64,000 bases of DNA from Mobula hypostoma (taxonomy: Eukaryota): positions 36,024,001-36,088,000 of the forward strand of contig NC_086108.1 of the NCBI RefSeq assembly GCF_963921235.1. Reading direction: 5' to 3'. The notes beneath the pieces are model-generated. The model ran no database searches, was not told the origin of the DNA, and saw nothing but the letters and a program-made list of their open reading frames with translations. The position numbers and the translations under genes were made by a program. Of this stretch, positions 1-13,338 are shown piece after piece (the stretch's first letter is position 1; the number at the start of each line of letters is the position of its first letter).

Positions 1-473
1 AAGGAATATTCTCTATCAGTAGGATGCATATGTCTCCAGACTTCAATTAAACCATAATCAATTAAAAAGGAATTAATAAGTGATGCAGAGCGATTACGGA
101 TTTGATGTCTAGATGATAGTTTATCTAATAGGGGATTTAAGCAAGTATTAAAATCTCCACCCATTAATAACATATATTCATTTAAATCAGGTAATAGAGC
201 GAAAATGTCTTAAAAATGAAGGATCATCGGCATTTATACTTTATACTATATTGTCGCCAAACAATTGATACTAGAATGTACAATCGTCACTGCGATATTT
301 GATTCTGCACTTCCTGCTCCCTGGAGTACAAATCGATAGTAAATATTAAAAATTGGACAATATATATTAACCAAAACCATTTTCTTTTTGTGAATTGTTC
401 CTTTAACAATCAAAAATCTACCTTTAATATCAGATATAATATCCTCCTGATTAAAGGGGATATTAGAATCAAT

Positions 474-1935
474 GGAGGAGAAGATGGTGGCGCGACGGCT
501 GTGTGCGTGGCCACTTCGGTGGTGATGTCTGTTATCTAGATAGATAGATAGATATACTTTATTAATCCCGAGGGAAATTTGGTTTCGTTACATCCGCACC
601 AACCAAGAATCGAGCGTAAATATAGCAATACAAAAACCACCAACAACCAAACAGCAAAATGCAAACTATGCCAGATGGGATATAAGTCCAGGACCAGTCT
701 ATTGGCTCAGGGTGTCTGACCCTCCACGAGAGGAGCTGCAAATTCGATGGCCACAGGCAGGAATGACCTCCCGTGCCGCCAAGTATCACGGTGGAATGTG
801 GCCGAAGTCCAACAGTAAAAAGTTCAATGTCCAGTCTGCAAGCACGTTCCTCGATCGTAATATGACCCGGATTGCACCATCTGTTGTTAACCAGATCAGT
901 AAGCACCCAACTCCTTTACGCTTACCGCTCTCAGTGCACTTCCAGTCAGCTGGAACGGTATTAACCACCGAACTCCTCTTCTCCATAAGTCTCTGTTGTC
1001 TCGACCCGGTCCTCTTTCCTCGACTTTGTGATCCCCCTCTGCATCCTCTGTGTGTTTTCCTCCGGATTTCAGCAGGGGTGTCCGCCGCTGTGCTCGCTAA
1101 ACCGGCCGGCATTAGCTGGAATACACAATGCGACCTTGCTTCTGTCCCGCGTGTCGGAATGTAACCATTTCCAGCACTAAAAAAAAAACCCAAATAAAAC
1201 TCTCTCTACCAGCATGTTAGGGTGCAGCTTCGACGTGTTACCGTGAGAAAAAAAATACAAAGAATAACGTAAATTAAAAAGTAAGAAGAAGAAAGTAAGA
1301 ATAGATCGGAACAGCTGTACCAGGCTGCATGCACGACCGGCGCATGCGCACTTGTCAAGTAGGGGACCGTGCACAATTCTGATTTGATGGAGACGGACGT
1401 GAGAGCACTGAGGAACATCTGGAAATCTTCTGAAATGCCCGCTTCGCTGCCACTGCTACTGTGTGGTAACCGGAATCTCCGGAGCAGAAGGCCCCAAAAT
1501 CCTCGACTTTGCGTGGTTCAGCGGCTGGGGCGGGGTCGATGGCGCTCAGGAGGCTGGTCGGAAGCTCAAAGTTTTCAGACGGATGGACTCAGTGTTGGCT
1601 GTGGTCGGCTGCTTCCAAGGCACCGGCAAGTTGGCTCCTGCAGGGTGTTTCTCCCTTTTGCCACCTGCTATCGGGGACTCGGGAGTCGATCAACTGGGGA
1701 CTTTGAGACTTTTTTTTTTACTCTGCCCATGGTCTGTTCTTCATTAAATTATGGTATTGCTTTGCACTGCTGTAACTATATGTTATAATTATGTGGTTCT
1801 GTCAGTGTTAGTCTTTGGTTTGTCCTGTTTTCTGTGATATCACTCCAGAGAAACATTGTATAATTTCTTAATGCATGTATACATTTCTAAATGACAATAA
1901 AAAGAGGACCGAGTGTTCTCATAAAATCTAAAAAA
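474..1935 (+). mobile_element. Non-autonomous interspersed retro-repeat inserted in L1-A ORF2, itself split by a Rex/Babar-derived element
   Basis: CpG-rich head (ggagaagatggtggcgcgacg) and AATAAA followed by an A-rich tail at 1896-1937. It breaks the L1 endonuclease frame. Its halves (474-536 and about 1352-1935) flank the 537-1351 insert. Confidence 0.6.
537..1351 (-). mobile_element. Internally deleted Rex/Babar-like LINE
   Basis: An endonuclease-like segment LVNNRWCNPGHITIEERACRLDIELFTVGLRP is joined directly to a 3' end with AATAAA and a (TATC)n tail at 537-556. Confidence 0.7.
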
Positions 1936-3802
1936 AATTTTACTTTGAGAGTTTGCGTGAATCTGAGGGCCCTTCCAAAATTTAAAAAATTGATTGTTAT
2001 TACATAACCTGACATGTGTCTCTTGTGCAAAAATTATATCAGGTTGGAATCGATTAATAATTTAAAATGTTTTCTTATGCTTAATAGGATGATTCCAACA
2101 TGGACATTCCAACTTAAAACACTTAACTGTTTAAATAACATCATGAAACTTTATATTTAAAGAAAACAATTAAACGCATGTCAGGATAAGGTAATCTTGA
2201 ATGGCGGTGATAAGCAACAATGATAACAATTTGTGTACGCTCCGGAATTCCATAATGGGAATAAAAAATAGAAATAAAAAAAAACACCCAACCTACAAAG
2301 CCCAGAAATAAGTTGTTATCAATCGACGCAAGCCCCAAGAAATGCATAAGAAGTAATTCTGAACTCCACCTGCCTAAATAAAAGGTACAGATGAAAAAAG
2401 GTAATCTGTCTCCCTCTCCTGAGTATACAACTCATTACAGTCGACATACAACCCATTACAACTAAATTAGATACAACAGTTAACAGAAACAACCTTCAAT
2501 TTAGAAACTAACCTTCATAAGATTAGATAAGAAAAAACACTTCCAAAACAAATTCTTGAAATACTTGCACAGAAGAGAAAACATCGCCATCTTTAACTTA
2601 GTACATCTATCTATAAAGCGTAAAAAAAACCCAAGTAGTGAGTTAAAAGTTCTTAACAAAAACATACAAAGCCAAAATACAATTAATTCATAGATGTAGC
2701 AAACAAAAAGAAATTCTAAATGGTTTAAATTTTCTGCAGTCTTCTAGCAGATCCTGTAAGATATCTTCTAAAATTAAAACCGTCCAAACCAGTCTGTTTC
2801 AAATATAAAGGTACTTTTTAATACCAAGACTTCCTGTACTTCTCAATTCTTCCGACCTCATCATTCCTTATATCGTAAAACGATTGAATAATTGTAAGTC
2901 TTTCAAACTTCAGGCTTCAGACTCATCCGGGAGAGAATGAATAAAACGCAATGCATCGGCTGGATCCTCAAAGATACGAACCCCAGAATCTTTAGCAAAA
3001 AGCCTTAATTTAGCTGGATACAGAAGAAAGGGATGCATCTGTTTTTGAGAGGCCATTCGCATTATGGTCACGAATCCAGAACGTTTCTGAACAACTTCAC
3101 GCGGAAAATCTTGAAGAAAACGAATCTCAGAGCCTTGAAATTTAAACAGTCTTTGTTTTCTGGCCTGTTTAATAATACGGTCTTTGTCTCAAATACGAAG
3201 AAAACGCACAATAACATGTCTGTTTTTACCTTGTCTCGGAATTCCAACCCTATGAGCTACTTCAATGTCCGGCAATTGTGAAAATGCCTCAGGAGATAGA
3301 AATTGAAACATCTTAGCGAAATAGTCCAGTATGTCGGCAGATTCTGATTTCTCTTTCAATCCAACAGTTCGGATATTGTTTCGACGAGAACGAGCTTCCA
3401 AATCAACGATTCGCCATTGTGCCTTTTCCAAATGAGAAGAAATATCAACCGCATTACGAGTTACTTCTTTAAGATCTAAGCTCAAAGAATCAATTTTTTC
3501 CTCCAAAGGGAGAAGACTTTCTTTTGAGTGAGTTAATTCAGCGACGATAGAGCTCATTTGAGTCTCTAATCTATTAACCCAGGCTGGCTCTTCAGGAGCT
3601 TCATCAATTTTTTTAGATTTACCATTACCTGTATTGGGATTCCTTTTAGTGCTTCTCAAGGCAACCATAGCTATAATTATCACTTTGAAAGATCTGACTG
3701 AATAAAGTTAAAAATTTCAAAGTTTAAGTCGGGAAAGGGAGAAATTAAAGGCAGACAGAAAGACACTGTGTCTTACATGTCCACAGGTGGAGGGTGGAGT
3801 CC

Positions 3803-4330
3803 TCCACATCCACTCTATCAAGGTCTTTCACCATTTGGTAGGTTTCAATGAGGTCAGCCCTCATTCTTCTAAATTCCAGTGAATACAGGCCCAGAGCCAT
3901 CAAACTCTCTTAATATGACGTCATTCAATCCTGGAATAATTTTCTTGAACCTCCTTTGAATCCTCTCCAGTTTCGGCACATTCTTTCTAAGTGGCCCAAA
4001 ACGGCTCACAATACTCCCCAGTGAGGCCTCACAAGTGCATTATAAAATGTGAACATTACGTCTTTGCTTTTAAGTTCTAGTCCTCTTGAAATGAATACTA
4101 ATGTTGTATTTGCCTTTCTCACCATAGACGCAGCTTGTAAATTAACCTTTAGGGAGTCCTACCCAAGGACTCCCAAGAACCTTTGTGCTTCAGTTCTTTG
4201 TGTTTTCACTCTGTTTAGAAAATAGTCAACCCTTTCATTTCTTCCACCAAAGTGCATGACCATTCACTTCCCAACACTGTATTCCATCTGCCATTTCTTT
4301 GTTCATTCTCCTAATCTCTAAGCCATCTGA
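3803..4330 (-). mobile_element. CR1 LINE 3' fragment
   Basis: The minus strand matches the CR1 ORF2 C-terminal pattern (KWQMEYSVGK...VRPH-EYC), like the other CR1 copies in the window. Confidence 0.7.
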
Positions 4331-6971
4331 CTTTCTACCCTCCTTTCTCCTTAAAGCTGTTTTAAAGTATTGTCCTTTAAACATTGTTTTCTGAAGCAAA
4401 ACTTGCTTTTGAAACCTGATAATCTTCTTTAACCTATCAATGTGTCAGTTTCAGGTATTTTCCCTCATTTCTGTATTTATGGCAGATTTTTTTCAATTGA
4501 TCTCGACTGTAACATTTTCTATTCTTTGTTTCTTGCTGTTTTCCATAATACAATTTTTAAAAAGTTTAAATGTCGAAGTTATTTTCCTTTTATTCTATAA
4601 CTGGTATTTTTCAGATCATTATCCTTCCAATTCCAGGAAAGGTCAACTTAACGCTGTTATGAATTATCTTCTGAAGTTTGGCCCAATAAAAGCAATGGGG
4701 GTTGTTAAGCTGGGAGGGTTGAGAGTTCCTTTCCACGTTTTTTTCAAGAATGTTTGGCTTGCAGTTTGTGAGTGTACATATGTTAACGTAAAATTAACAA
4801 AGCATAAACTACAACCTTAAAGCTTGATTTTGCTATTGGACCTTTAATGATATTTTTCAGAAATTCCTGATATAATGCTGCAGTGATGACACAAACAGGT
4901 GACCATGGGAAAAGCAATAACCTTTCTTAATAAAATTGTTAATTTTGATTGTGCAATTCAGAGTGATTTTAAAAAGTCAGGATTGTTTGCAACTAAGCAA
5001 CTAGTCAGTAGAAGTTACTGAAGTGAGATGAGGTCTGTATCTGCATACTTGTGTTTGAAATGGTTAAGTTGTTTGAATTCATCGCCGGAAGATGAGGCTT
5101 CATTCTCTTAAACTCACTACTATTTTAAATGCCAGCAGTTCCAAACATAATTATCATCAGTGGCCAATGAAATTGCTGCTTAGTTCGATGTTCCCAGGTA
5201 CATGTGCATAAATGCATTTGTCTTGAATTTGCTGACTATTCTTTGGAAGCTTTTTCCCAACTGCACCCTGTTATTTCACTTTTCATAGAAATTAGTGGTC
5301 AAGTAGGAACAGAATATTCAATTTTTGACAGATTTCAAAGTCAGCTGAGTCAGGGTGTGGATTAGTTGTCTGCTTTTCTTGGTTGTCATTGCGCACAGTT
5401 CATCTTTCCTCAAGTCCTGAGGATAAGGCTGGCAATCCACAGGAACTTGGCACTGGTAAACCCCTGGAGGCATTCACAACATGGAAGAAATTTCACCCAG
5501 TTGTTGCCACATAGACTTCGTACTCTTTTGTGAAGATCGCTGGTCAAGATCACCTAATTTGACTGAGAAGAAAGGAGATGTGGGCATTATTGGATGGATT
5601 TGGTAGGAAGCTAGTAGTATATATCTTGTCTTCTGAGAATTTAACCAGTAATATTTGTAGTTAAATTAATTGATAATAAATATCAATAATCGTAAGAGCT
5701 GTCTCCTTAAATTGGAGTAGTGAATCTTCTGTTCTTTTCCAAGGCATTTCTTTCTTTCTTTATTAATCTTTTTATTGGTTTAAAAGAAGCATCAATACAA
5801 TCAAGAGAAGAATTATCTCAAATAATGTATATCAGTAACAATACAAACCGAGATTAAGATAGACATTGTCAAAATCATACATATTGTTAAACTAGTATAA
5901 AATATATAATAAAAAAAAACTGGAAACAGCAATTCTCCTCATCAGTTTATGAAAAAAAAAGAAAAAATATTAGGTTTTAAATGAAGAGGGAGCCCCCCCC
6001 CACTATACTATATAAAAAAAAACAATAAAAATGGACTGGGCAGTCCATTTTGAGGATAGGACCAAAAAAAAAGAAAGGAAGACTTTCTGATCAAATCTAA
6101 AACTTCGGGGAAAAAAAAGATTGAAGGAGTAATAAATCAAATTAAATGAAAATATTGGATAAAAGGTCGCCAGATTTGCTCAAATTTAAAAGATGTATCA
6201 AATGTCCGACTTCTTATTTTCTCTAAACTTAAACAGGGCATAATAGAAGAGAGCCAATAAAAGACCGTAGGTGGATTAGAATACTTCCACTTCAATAAAC
6301 TGGCTCCCCTAGCCAGTAAGGTCGAAAAGGCTGTCATACGTTGAGCAGAAACAGGAATATTTCCTGCTTCTGATGGGATAATCCCAAAAATTGCCGTAAG
6401 CAAATTAGGTTGTAGATCCAGATCCAAAACTTTTAATAGTATTTTAAAAACATCTCTCCAAAAGTTATCTAGCTTTATACAAGACCAATACATATGAGTT
6501 AAAGTGGCCAGCTCAGTATTCAGACATCGGTCACAAATAGGATTCATATTGGAGAAAATACGTGCTAGTTTATCCTTTGACATATGGGCCCAGTGCACTA
6601 CCTTGAACTGTATCAAGGAATGACAGGCAGAAAGAGATGAGTTGTTAACCGAATGAAAAATTTTACTCCATTGATTATCTGAAAATGACTCTTGAAATTC
6701 CGATTCCCAAGCGTGTTTAATTTTATCATTAGATATGATTTGTGAGTTCAATAACCGTTTATAGATTATAGCTATCAACCCTTTTTGAAATGGCTTAAAC
6801 TGAAAGAGAGCGTCTATCATATTAGGTGGATAAGCAGAAGGGTGATTTGGCAACAAACCACATTAAAAAAATTGCTAATTTGTAAATATCTAAAAAAGTG
6901 TGCTTTAGATAAATCATATTTATCCACTAACTGAGAAAAAGACATTAAACAGTCCCCGAAAAACAAATCTG

Positions 6972-7604
6972 GAAGAGAAAGCAGGATCTCCCAGTGGCCA
7001 CACATTTTAATTCCACGTCCCATTCCCATTCTGATACGTCTGTCCACGGCCTCCTCTACTGTCAAGATGAAGCCACACTCAGGTTGGAGGAACAACACCT
7101 TATATTCCGTCTGGGTAGCCTCCAATCTGATGGCATGAACATTGACTTCTGTAACTTACGTTAATGCCCCACCTCCCCTTAGTACCCCATCTGTTATTTA
7201 TTTATCTTTTATTATTATATATATATTTTTCTCTCTCTCCCTTTTCTCCCTCTGTCTTTCTCACTATACTCCTTGCCCATCCTCTGGGCTTCCCTCCTCC
7301 CCCTTTCTTTCTCCCTGGGCCTCCTGTCCATCCCATGATCCTCTCATATCCCTTTTGCCAATCAACTTTCCAGCTCTTCGCTCCATCCCTTCCCCCTCCT
7401 GTCTTCTCCTATCATTTCAGATCTCCCCCTCCCTCTTTCAAATCTCTTACTATCTCTGCTTTCAGTTAGCCCTGACGAAGGGTCTCGGCCCGAAACGTCG
7501 ACTGTATCTCTTCCTATAGATGCTGCCTGGCCTGCTGCATTCACCAGCAATTTTTATGTGTGTTGCTTGAAATTCCAGCATCTGTAGATTTCCTTGTGTT
7601 TGCG
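6972..7604 (+). mobile_element. Penelope-like element 3' fragment (GIY-YIG C-terminus plus hammerhead-bearing terminal region) inserted in L1-B ORF2
   Basis: The + frame encodes KQDLPVATHFNSTSHSHSD...RLEEQHLIFRLGSLQSDGMN, typical of a PLE GIY-YIG end. L1 ORF2 sequence resumes on both sides, flanked by ctg. Confidence 0.8.
7468..7503 (+). ncRNA. Minimal type I hammerhead ribozyme motif (Penelope-associated)
   Basis: AGCC-CTGACGA-A-GGGT(CTCG)GCCC-GAAA-CGTC-GACT. Intact CUGANGA and GAAA core, stem II, palindromic ACGT stem III, GUC triplet, and stem I with one mismatch. Confidence 0.7.
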
Positions 7605-10600
7605 CTGAAAAAGTTATTATTCCCTTAGTTTTCCAAATTAAAAAGGCTTATCCAAAATTGATGGTTTAAAAAATAATTGAAATGGATATTACTAGAAAGA
7701 ATAAAATTATTTAACTCAAAACAATCTACGAAACTGGAACCAAATTCTTAATGTATGTTTAATAATGGGATTAAAATCTTGTCTACTAATTTTAGAAAAG
7801 GGAAGAGGAGCTCCCACTAAAGAGGCCAAAGAGAATCCTTTCACCGAGTTTTCCTCTAAATCCAACCATGAAGGACATTCATGTATATCTGAATAGTGAA
7901 TCCAAGAAGTAGTATATCGAATATTAATTGCCTAATAGTATATTATAAAGTTCGGCAAAGCCATACCACCATCCTTTTTTAATTTCTGCGATAAGGGTTT
8001 ACTCAATCTAGGATTTTTATTGTTCTAAATATAAGATAAGATTATAGAACCTATTCTGTCAAAGAACTTTTTAGGAACAAAGGAAAGAACTGCCTGAAAG
8101 ATATATAAAAATTTCAGTAAAACTATCATTTTAATAGCATTAATTCGACCTATTAATGATAATGTCATAGGCGACCAGTTAGAAAGCATTTGTTTGGTGT
8201 AGCCAGTTAATGGAAAAAAATTATATGTATAGAGATCCTTAAAATTTTTAGTAATTTTAATATCAAGTTAGGTAAAGTAATTTTTAGCAATACTAAAAGG
8301 TACTTGATGATTTGGATCCAATTATTAATAGGAAGTAGCTCACTTTACTTTTATGGAAATTTAATTTATACCCAGAAAAACTACTGAACTCAGTAAATAT
8401 AGGTAACATAGAAGGAATAGATTTCCTAGGATCTGAAATATAAGCTAACAGGTCATCTGCATATAACGAAACCCTGTGTACTTTGTCCCCTCTCTTAATA
8501 CCCTGAACAGTTTTAGAATCTCTAAGAGCAATAGCAAGGGGTTCTCAGGCCAAGTTAAATAATAAAGGGCTGAGAGGACATCCCTGTCGAGTACCTCTAT
8601 ATAATCTAAAATAGGGAGATTTTTGATTATTAGTTATAACAGCAGCCATAGGAGCATGATAGATCAGTTTGATCCAGGAAATAAATCCCGGATCAAGATT
8701 AAGTCTTTCCAAAACCTCAAATAAGTAAGACCACTCCACCCTATCAAAGGCTTTCTCTGCATCAAGAGAAACAACACAGATTCTTTAGATGGAGAAGAGT
8801 GAATAATATTTAAATATTTTTGAATGTTAAAATGTGAATATCTATTTTTAATAAATCCAGTTTGGTCATTGGAAATAACAGGTAAAATAATCTCAAGTCT
8901 ATTAGCCAATATCTTAGAGAGAATTTTAAAATCCACATTCAATAGAGAAATTGGTCTGTAAGAGGCGCATTCAGATAAATCTTTATCTTTTTTAGGAATT
9001 AAAGAGATTGAAGCTTCATAGAAAGTTTTCAGGAGAGTCCCAGAGGATATAGAATCAGTGAAAATTTAGCATAAATGAGGTATAAGTATATCAGTAAAAG
9101 TCTTATAAAATTCCACTGTATATCCATCCGGTCCCGGAGCCTTAGCTGATTGGAGAGAGAATATAGCCCTTGCTATTTCCTCTTCTTTAATAAGTGTATC
9201 TACTGTATTCATATCTTGAATAGAGATTTTAGGTATATTCAATTTTTGCAAAAAGCTAGTCATAAAGCTAATATTATCTGAAAATTCAGACTCATAAAGA
9301 TTAGAGTAAAAATCCATAAATATCTTATTAATTTCATAAGGATCTACCGTTGCAGTTCTATCAGGTCTTCGTATTTTCAGGATCTGTCTTCTAGCCATAT
9401 TTGCTTTTAACTGACCAGCTAATAATTTGCCTTTAACTGACCAGCTAATAATTTGCCTGACTTGTCTTCATGTATATAAAATTGGTTTTTGGATTTAAGA
9501 AGTCGCTGTTCAATGGGAAAAGTCGAAAGCAAATCATGCTGTGCTTGGAGTTCCAGCCTTTCCTTCGAGAAATCTTCACTAGGCATTGCTGAATAAAGTT
9601 TATCTATTTCTTTAATCCTATTAGTGATCAGTAAAAGTTCCACCTTAGTTTTCCTTCTTGAACCTACCAAATATGAAATTATCTGTCCTCTAAGAGAAGA
9701 TTTCATCACATCCCAAATAACCAAATTTGACATTCCCTCAGTTGTATTTAATTCAAAAGGTCGAGAACTTTGCTCTTTAATAAAATTTACAAAAGTTGAA
9801 TCTTGTAACAATGAAACATTAAGTCTCCACTGAAGTAGCTGAATATTATCAGAGAGCTCCAAAGATAGTTTCATAGATGCATGATCTGACAACGCAATCA
9901 CATCATACGCACATTCAATAACAGAGGGCACCAATCGCGTATCCAACAAAAAATAATCAATTCTTGAATATTTATGGTATACATATGAAAGAAAAGAAAA
10001 ATCTTTTTCTTTAAGATATTTAAATCTCCAAATGTCGACCAAACTGTATTCTAATAAAAAACGAATTAATACAAGTTGCAGCTTTATTAGGAAGCGATGG
10101 ATTGCTGGACGATCTGTCAATTGACGGATTGAGACAGCAGTTAAAGTCACCGCCCATAATCAACTTATATTCATTTAAATTTGGCAATCTGGAAAATAGC
10201 TTCTTAAAAAAATTCAGGGCTATCTATATTAGGTGCATATACACACACCAAAGCCATCTTTTGACCACATAACAAACCAGTAACAATTAAATATCTTCCA
10301 ATTAAATCAGTAACAGTATTAAAATGAACAAAGGGGATTTTAGAATTAATAAAAATAGATACCCCTCTTATTTTATTTACTGATAAGGAATGAAATAAGG
10401 GTCCCTTCCAAAATTTGAAAACAATTTTCATCCTGCCTACCGATATGAGTCTCCTGCGCAAAAATAATATCTGCATGAAGTGTTTTTAATTTCCTAAAGA
10501 TCTTTCTGCACTTGATAGGTTGGTTCATACCATTTAAATTCCAAGATATTATATTAATTTTATTAAGATCAATATTTAAAGTTTAATTTTAAAATTTTAT

Positions 10601-13117
10601 AAAGTAATCTAATGCGCAGGCGCAGCCTAAATCAGAAGAAAGGGCAAAGCATGACTCGATCAGAAAGAGGAGCAAAGTGATTGACAAAGAAAAACCTCTC
10701 AGGACTGCCCAGTTGAAAAGTAACTTACCTAATAGACTCATCCATCTCCCCCAAAAGCCCAGAAACTGTCCAATAGGCGAGCGGCATGCTAATCTAATAA
10801 CCTTTAACCCCTGGTCTCCAGCTGGCAGCTCCATTTACAAAGTAAAAGGTTACCACCACCAAAAAGACATAACAAAGAATGCATAAAGAAGTAAACAGAT
10901 TCCAAATATTTTCATATTATGTCTGACAGTAGTTAAGACCGAATTAACGACGGCCATCTTAAATGCATTTAATATACGCAGCCATGTATTCAAAAAAAAG
11001 GATAAATCCAATCAACTAATATACTACAACTAATATTAAAGACTTACAAATCAAAGAAAAATTAAGTAAATATATATGTATTAAATTCAAAGCTACATTA
11101 ACTGTTAAAGCAAACAACAACAGATCTAAGTGAATTAGCGAAGTCTGTGTCTGGGCATTGATAAAACGAAGAGCGGACTTTAATCAACGGCGTTGCAAAC
11201 CACTCCCAGCTAAGGATCAACTTTTCAAATTGCTTACGAAGTGGACTTAAACTCTTTTATAAATTTCCAACCATCTTCTGGATAGTCAGTCCGTTCTAGA
11301 CGAGCATTGGGTGGAGTAATCATCAGACGAGCCGGATAATGCAGCGACGGGCAACAGTTAATTTTAAAAAGTTCCACCGTCACTTCGCGATATTTAATTC
11401 TTTCAGCATAAATCTCTGGGGAAAAATCTTCAACTGTACGAATCTTAGCTTCATTATAAATTAGCTTATCCCTTTTTCTTGCATTCCGAAGAATAGCTTC
11501 TTTGGTTGTAAAATAATGCAAACACAGAATTACAGGGCGTGGTTTGGTTTTGGCTGATGGTTTAGGACACCGAATTCGGTGGGCTTTGTCCAATATCAGA
11601 CAGGCTTCGAGAATGTCACTAAAAAGTGAATATAACATGTTTGAAAAAAACTTTAATGACTCACCAGTTTCTGTATTTTCAGGCAAACCCGGTATACGTA
11701 GATTCATCCTGCGATTTCTGCTTCCCAAATCAATCGTTTTCTTCTTAATTCTTAGTAATTCCGAAGTAGTCTTATTAATTTTCTTTTCCATAAAGGACAT
11801 CTTCAAATCCTGCTCCTTAATAGTTTGATTCATTAATTCGAATTCCCTTTCAATTCTGTGAGTACTCTGCTCAAGCGTCTGATATCGATCTTCCAAATTC
11901 TTCAAAGATTCATGAACAGCGAGGATAGTTTTTTCAAGCAGTTCATTAGCTTTTGTCAATTTATCCATTTTGGTATCCACCGGACCAACCTTCAGAGCAT
12001 TCTTTCTGAAGTAGAAACTTCCTCTGATTTCTCTGTTTGTTGAGGTTCAGGAAGAGTTTTGCCACTCCTTAATCGGTTCCAGCCATCGTAATTAAATTGT
12101 AAATCCTTCAGCAGATATAATAAATCTTCAAACTTGAAATGGATCTAGCAGTGGAAAGTAAGTTGTGAAAGATGGAGCTAAGACAAAGAACGTCTTACTC
12201 CATACGCTGCCAAATGGAGACTCCCCAAGGCATTTCTCTGGGATCCTCCTTCCACTTTTCTTTGGGGTCTGAGGTGAAGATCTCAGTGGGGTAATGGATG
12301 CATAATGAGGTGGGAGAATGGGTAATTAGGGAAATGGGAGGTTCTACTAATTGTGTAGTACTGCTCAGTGCCCGAGACAAAGGGACTTGTAGTTTACAGA
12401 AGATCTCAAATGCTCGCTCTCCATTTTGATTGATCATAACCAGGGATTCCATTAGTGCCTCAATGCTGATATTGGTTTGCTTATCTTGCTAGTTGATTTG
12501 GAGAATTTTGTGGAGAGAGTTTTAGCTGTGCTCAGTACATTGAAGCGCCTGCTCTTAAATCGTCCCTCTTCAGAGGTTATGTCATCTGCTTCCAAAGCCT
12601 TGTTATTTTCCATTTGGTAATTCGCCTTTTTGATTACTGTTACTTTGAGGCAGCAGTGAGTTTGAATTGGATAGTTTGGATTGGATAATTGGATAGGATG
12701 GAATCAAAGAGTAGATCATGACTGAGGAGTTATGTAGTTGACCCGACTATCCTCGATAATCTGTCTTCTGTCCTTGGTTATTGAGGTTATGTCCATGTTT
12801 CAAAAAATAACGGGTGTGTACCCTATTTAAATGTACAATTCAATTGCAATGTTAGCCACTTTAAAGATGTAGTTGAAATGCAATGAACAAAGTGAAAGTA
12901 AAAATGGATATTTCAACAAAATGTAAGCAAATTAAAAACACGAGGCTAAATTGAGTTAATTTTTTTTAGTGAAGTTTTAACTTGAATATAGAGCAGCTTT
13001 GATTTACAATGAGTTATAGTGGATATAGAGTTATTGCATATTAAATTGAAAACATATAAAAATGTTCCAAGTGAAGCTGGAGAATGGCATTTTAAATCAA
13101 CTTGTTATGTTTTATAG

Positions 13118-13338
13118 ATCTCACTCTGGTCACAAAGTATATTATGAAGGGTTGGAAAGAAGTTCAAGAAGCATATAAGGATAAGGAAAACTCAGATGGA
13201 ATTCAGCGATTGTTGAAGTACTTTGAAGCTTTAGAAAGGGTAAAGATGACCCAAGATGAACAGGAGGTTGCTCATCTTATTGAGGAGTACAGATTGGTCA
13301 GAGAGCACCTACTAACTAATCACCTGAAGTCACGGGAG
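13118..13338 (+). CDS. RO60: RO60 coding exon (TROVE domain), 221 bp
   Basis: Acceptor tttatag|AT (phase 1) and donor GAG|gtgagt. Encodes [20 protein letters not shown]...[12 protein letters not shown]...[19 protein letters not shown]. Confidence 0.96.

Larger units (their letters stand above)
1..3802 (-). mobile_element. L1-clade LINE, family A (5' end, ORF1, start of ORF2 APE endonuclease), decayed and interrupted
   Basis: ORF1 3189-3683 (DLEARSRRNNIR...EVAHR...VIVRFLR). The ORF2 endonuclease reads LSVLSWNV...DIIFAQETH at about 2100-2010 and resumes at 473-1 (IDSNIPF...GRFLIVKG...LVNIY...MGGDFNTCL). Insertions at about 233-353 and 474-1935. Confidence 0.88.
5752..12224 (-). mobile_element. 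Full-length decayed L1-clade LINE, family B, with 13-bp TSD
   Basis: TSD ccaaggcatttct at 5739-5751 and 12225-12237. ORF1 at 11234-11980+. ORF2 fragments: endonuclease (YSRIDYFL), RT ([20 protein letters not shown]) and CCHC (CDRC...THMYWSC). 3' AATAAA and (AAAG)n tail; several frameshifts. Confidence 0.95.

Noticed and set aside
1552..1570. GGCTGGTCGGAAG resembles the 5' end of Y RNAs (GGCUGGUCCGA), the Ro60 ligands
   Set aside because: It mismatches the conserved stem, I found no complementary 3' stem with an oligo-U terminator about 100 nt downstream, and it lies inside an interspersed repeat.
712..1788. Cluster of overlapping 90-150 aa ORFs
   Set aside because: These are by-products of GC-rich repeat sequence, with no splice structure or recognisable host protein.
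6137..11980. Long L1 ORFs as an active element or a domesticated gene (L1TD1-like)
   Set aside because: ORF2 is broken by many frameshifts and stops, a tandem duplication of about 26 bp near 9406-9457 and a Penelope insert, and there is no sign of exonisation.
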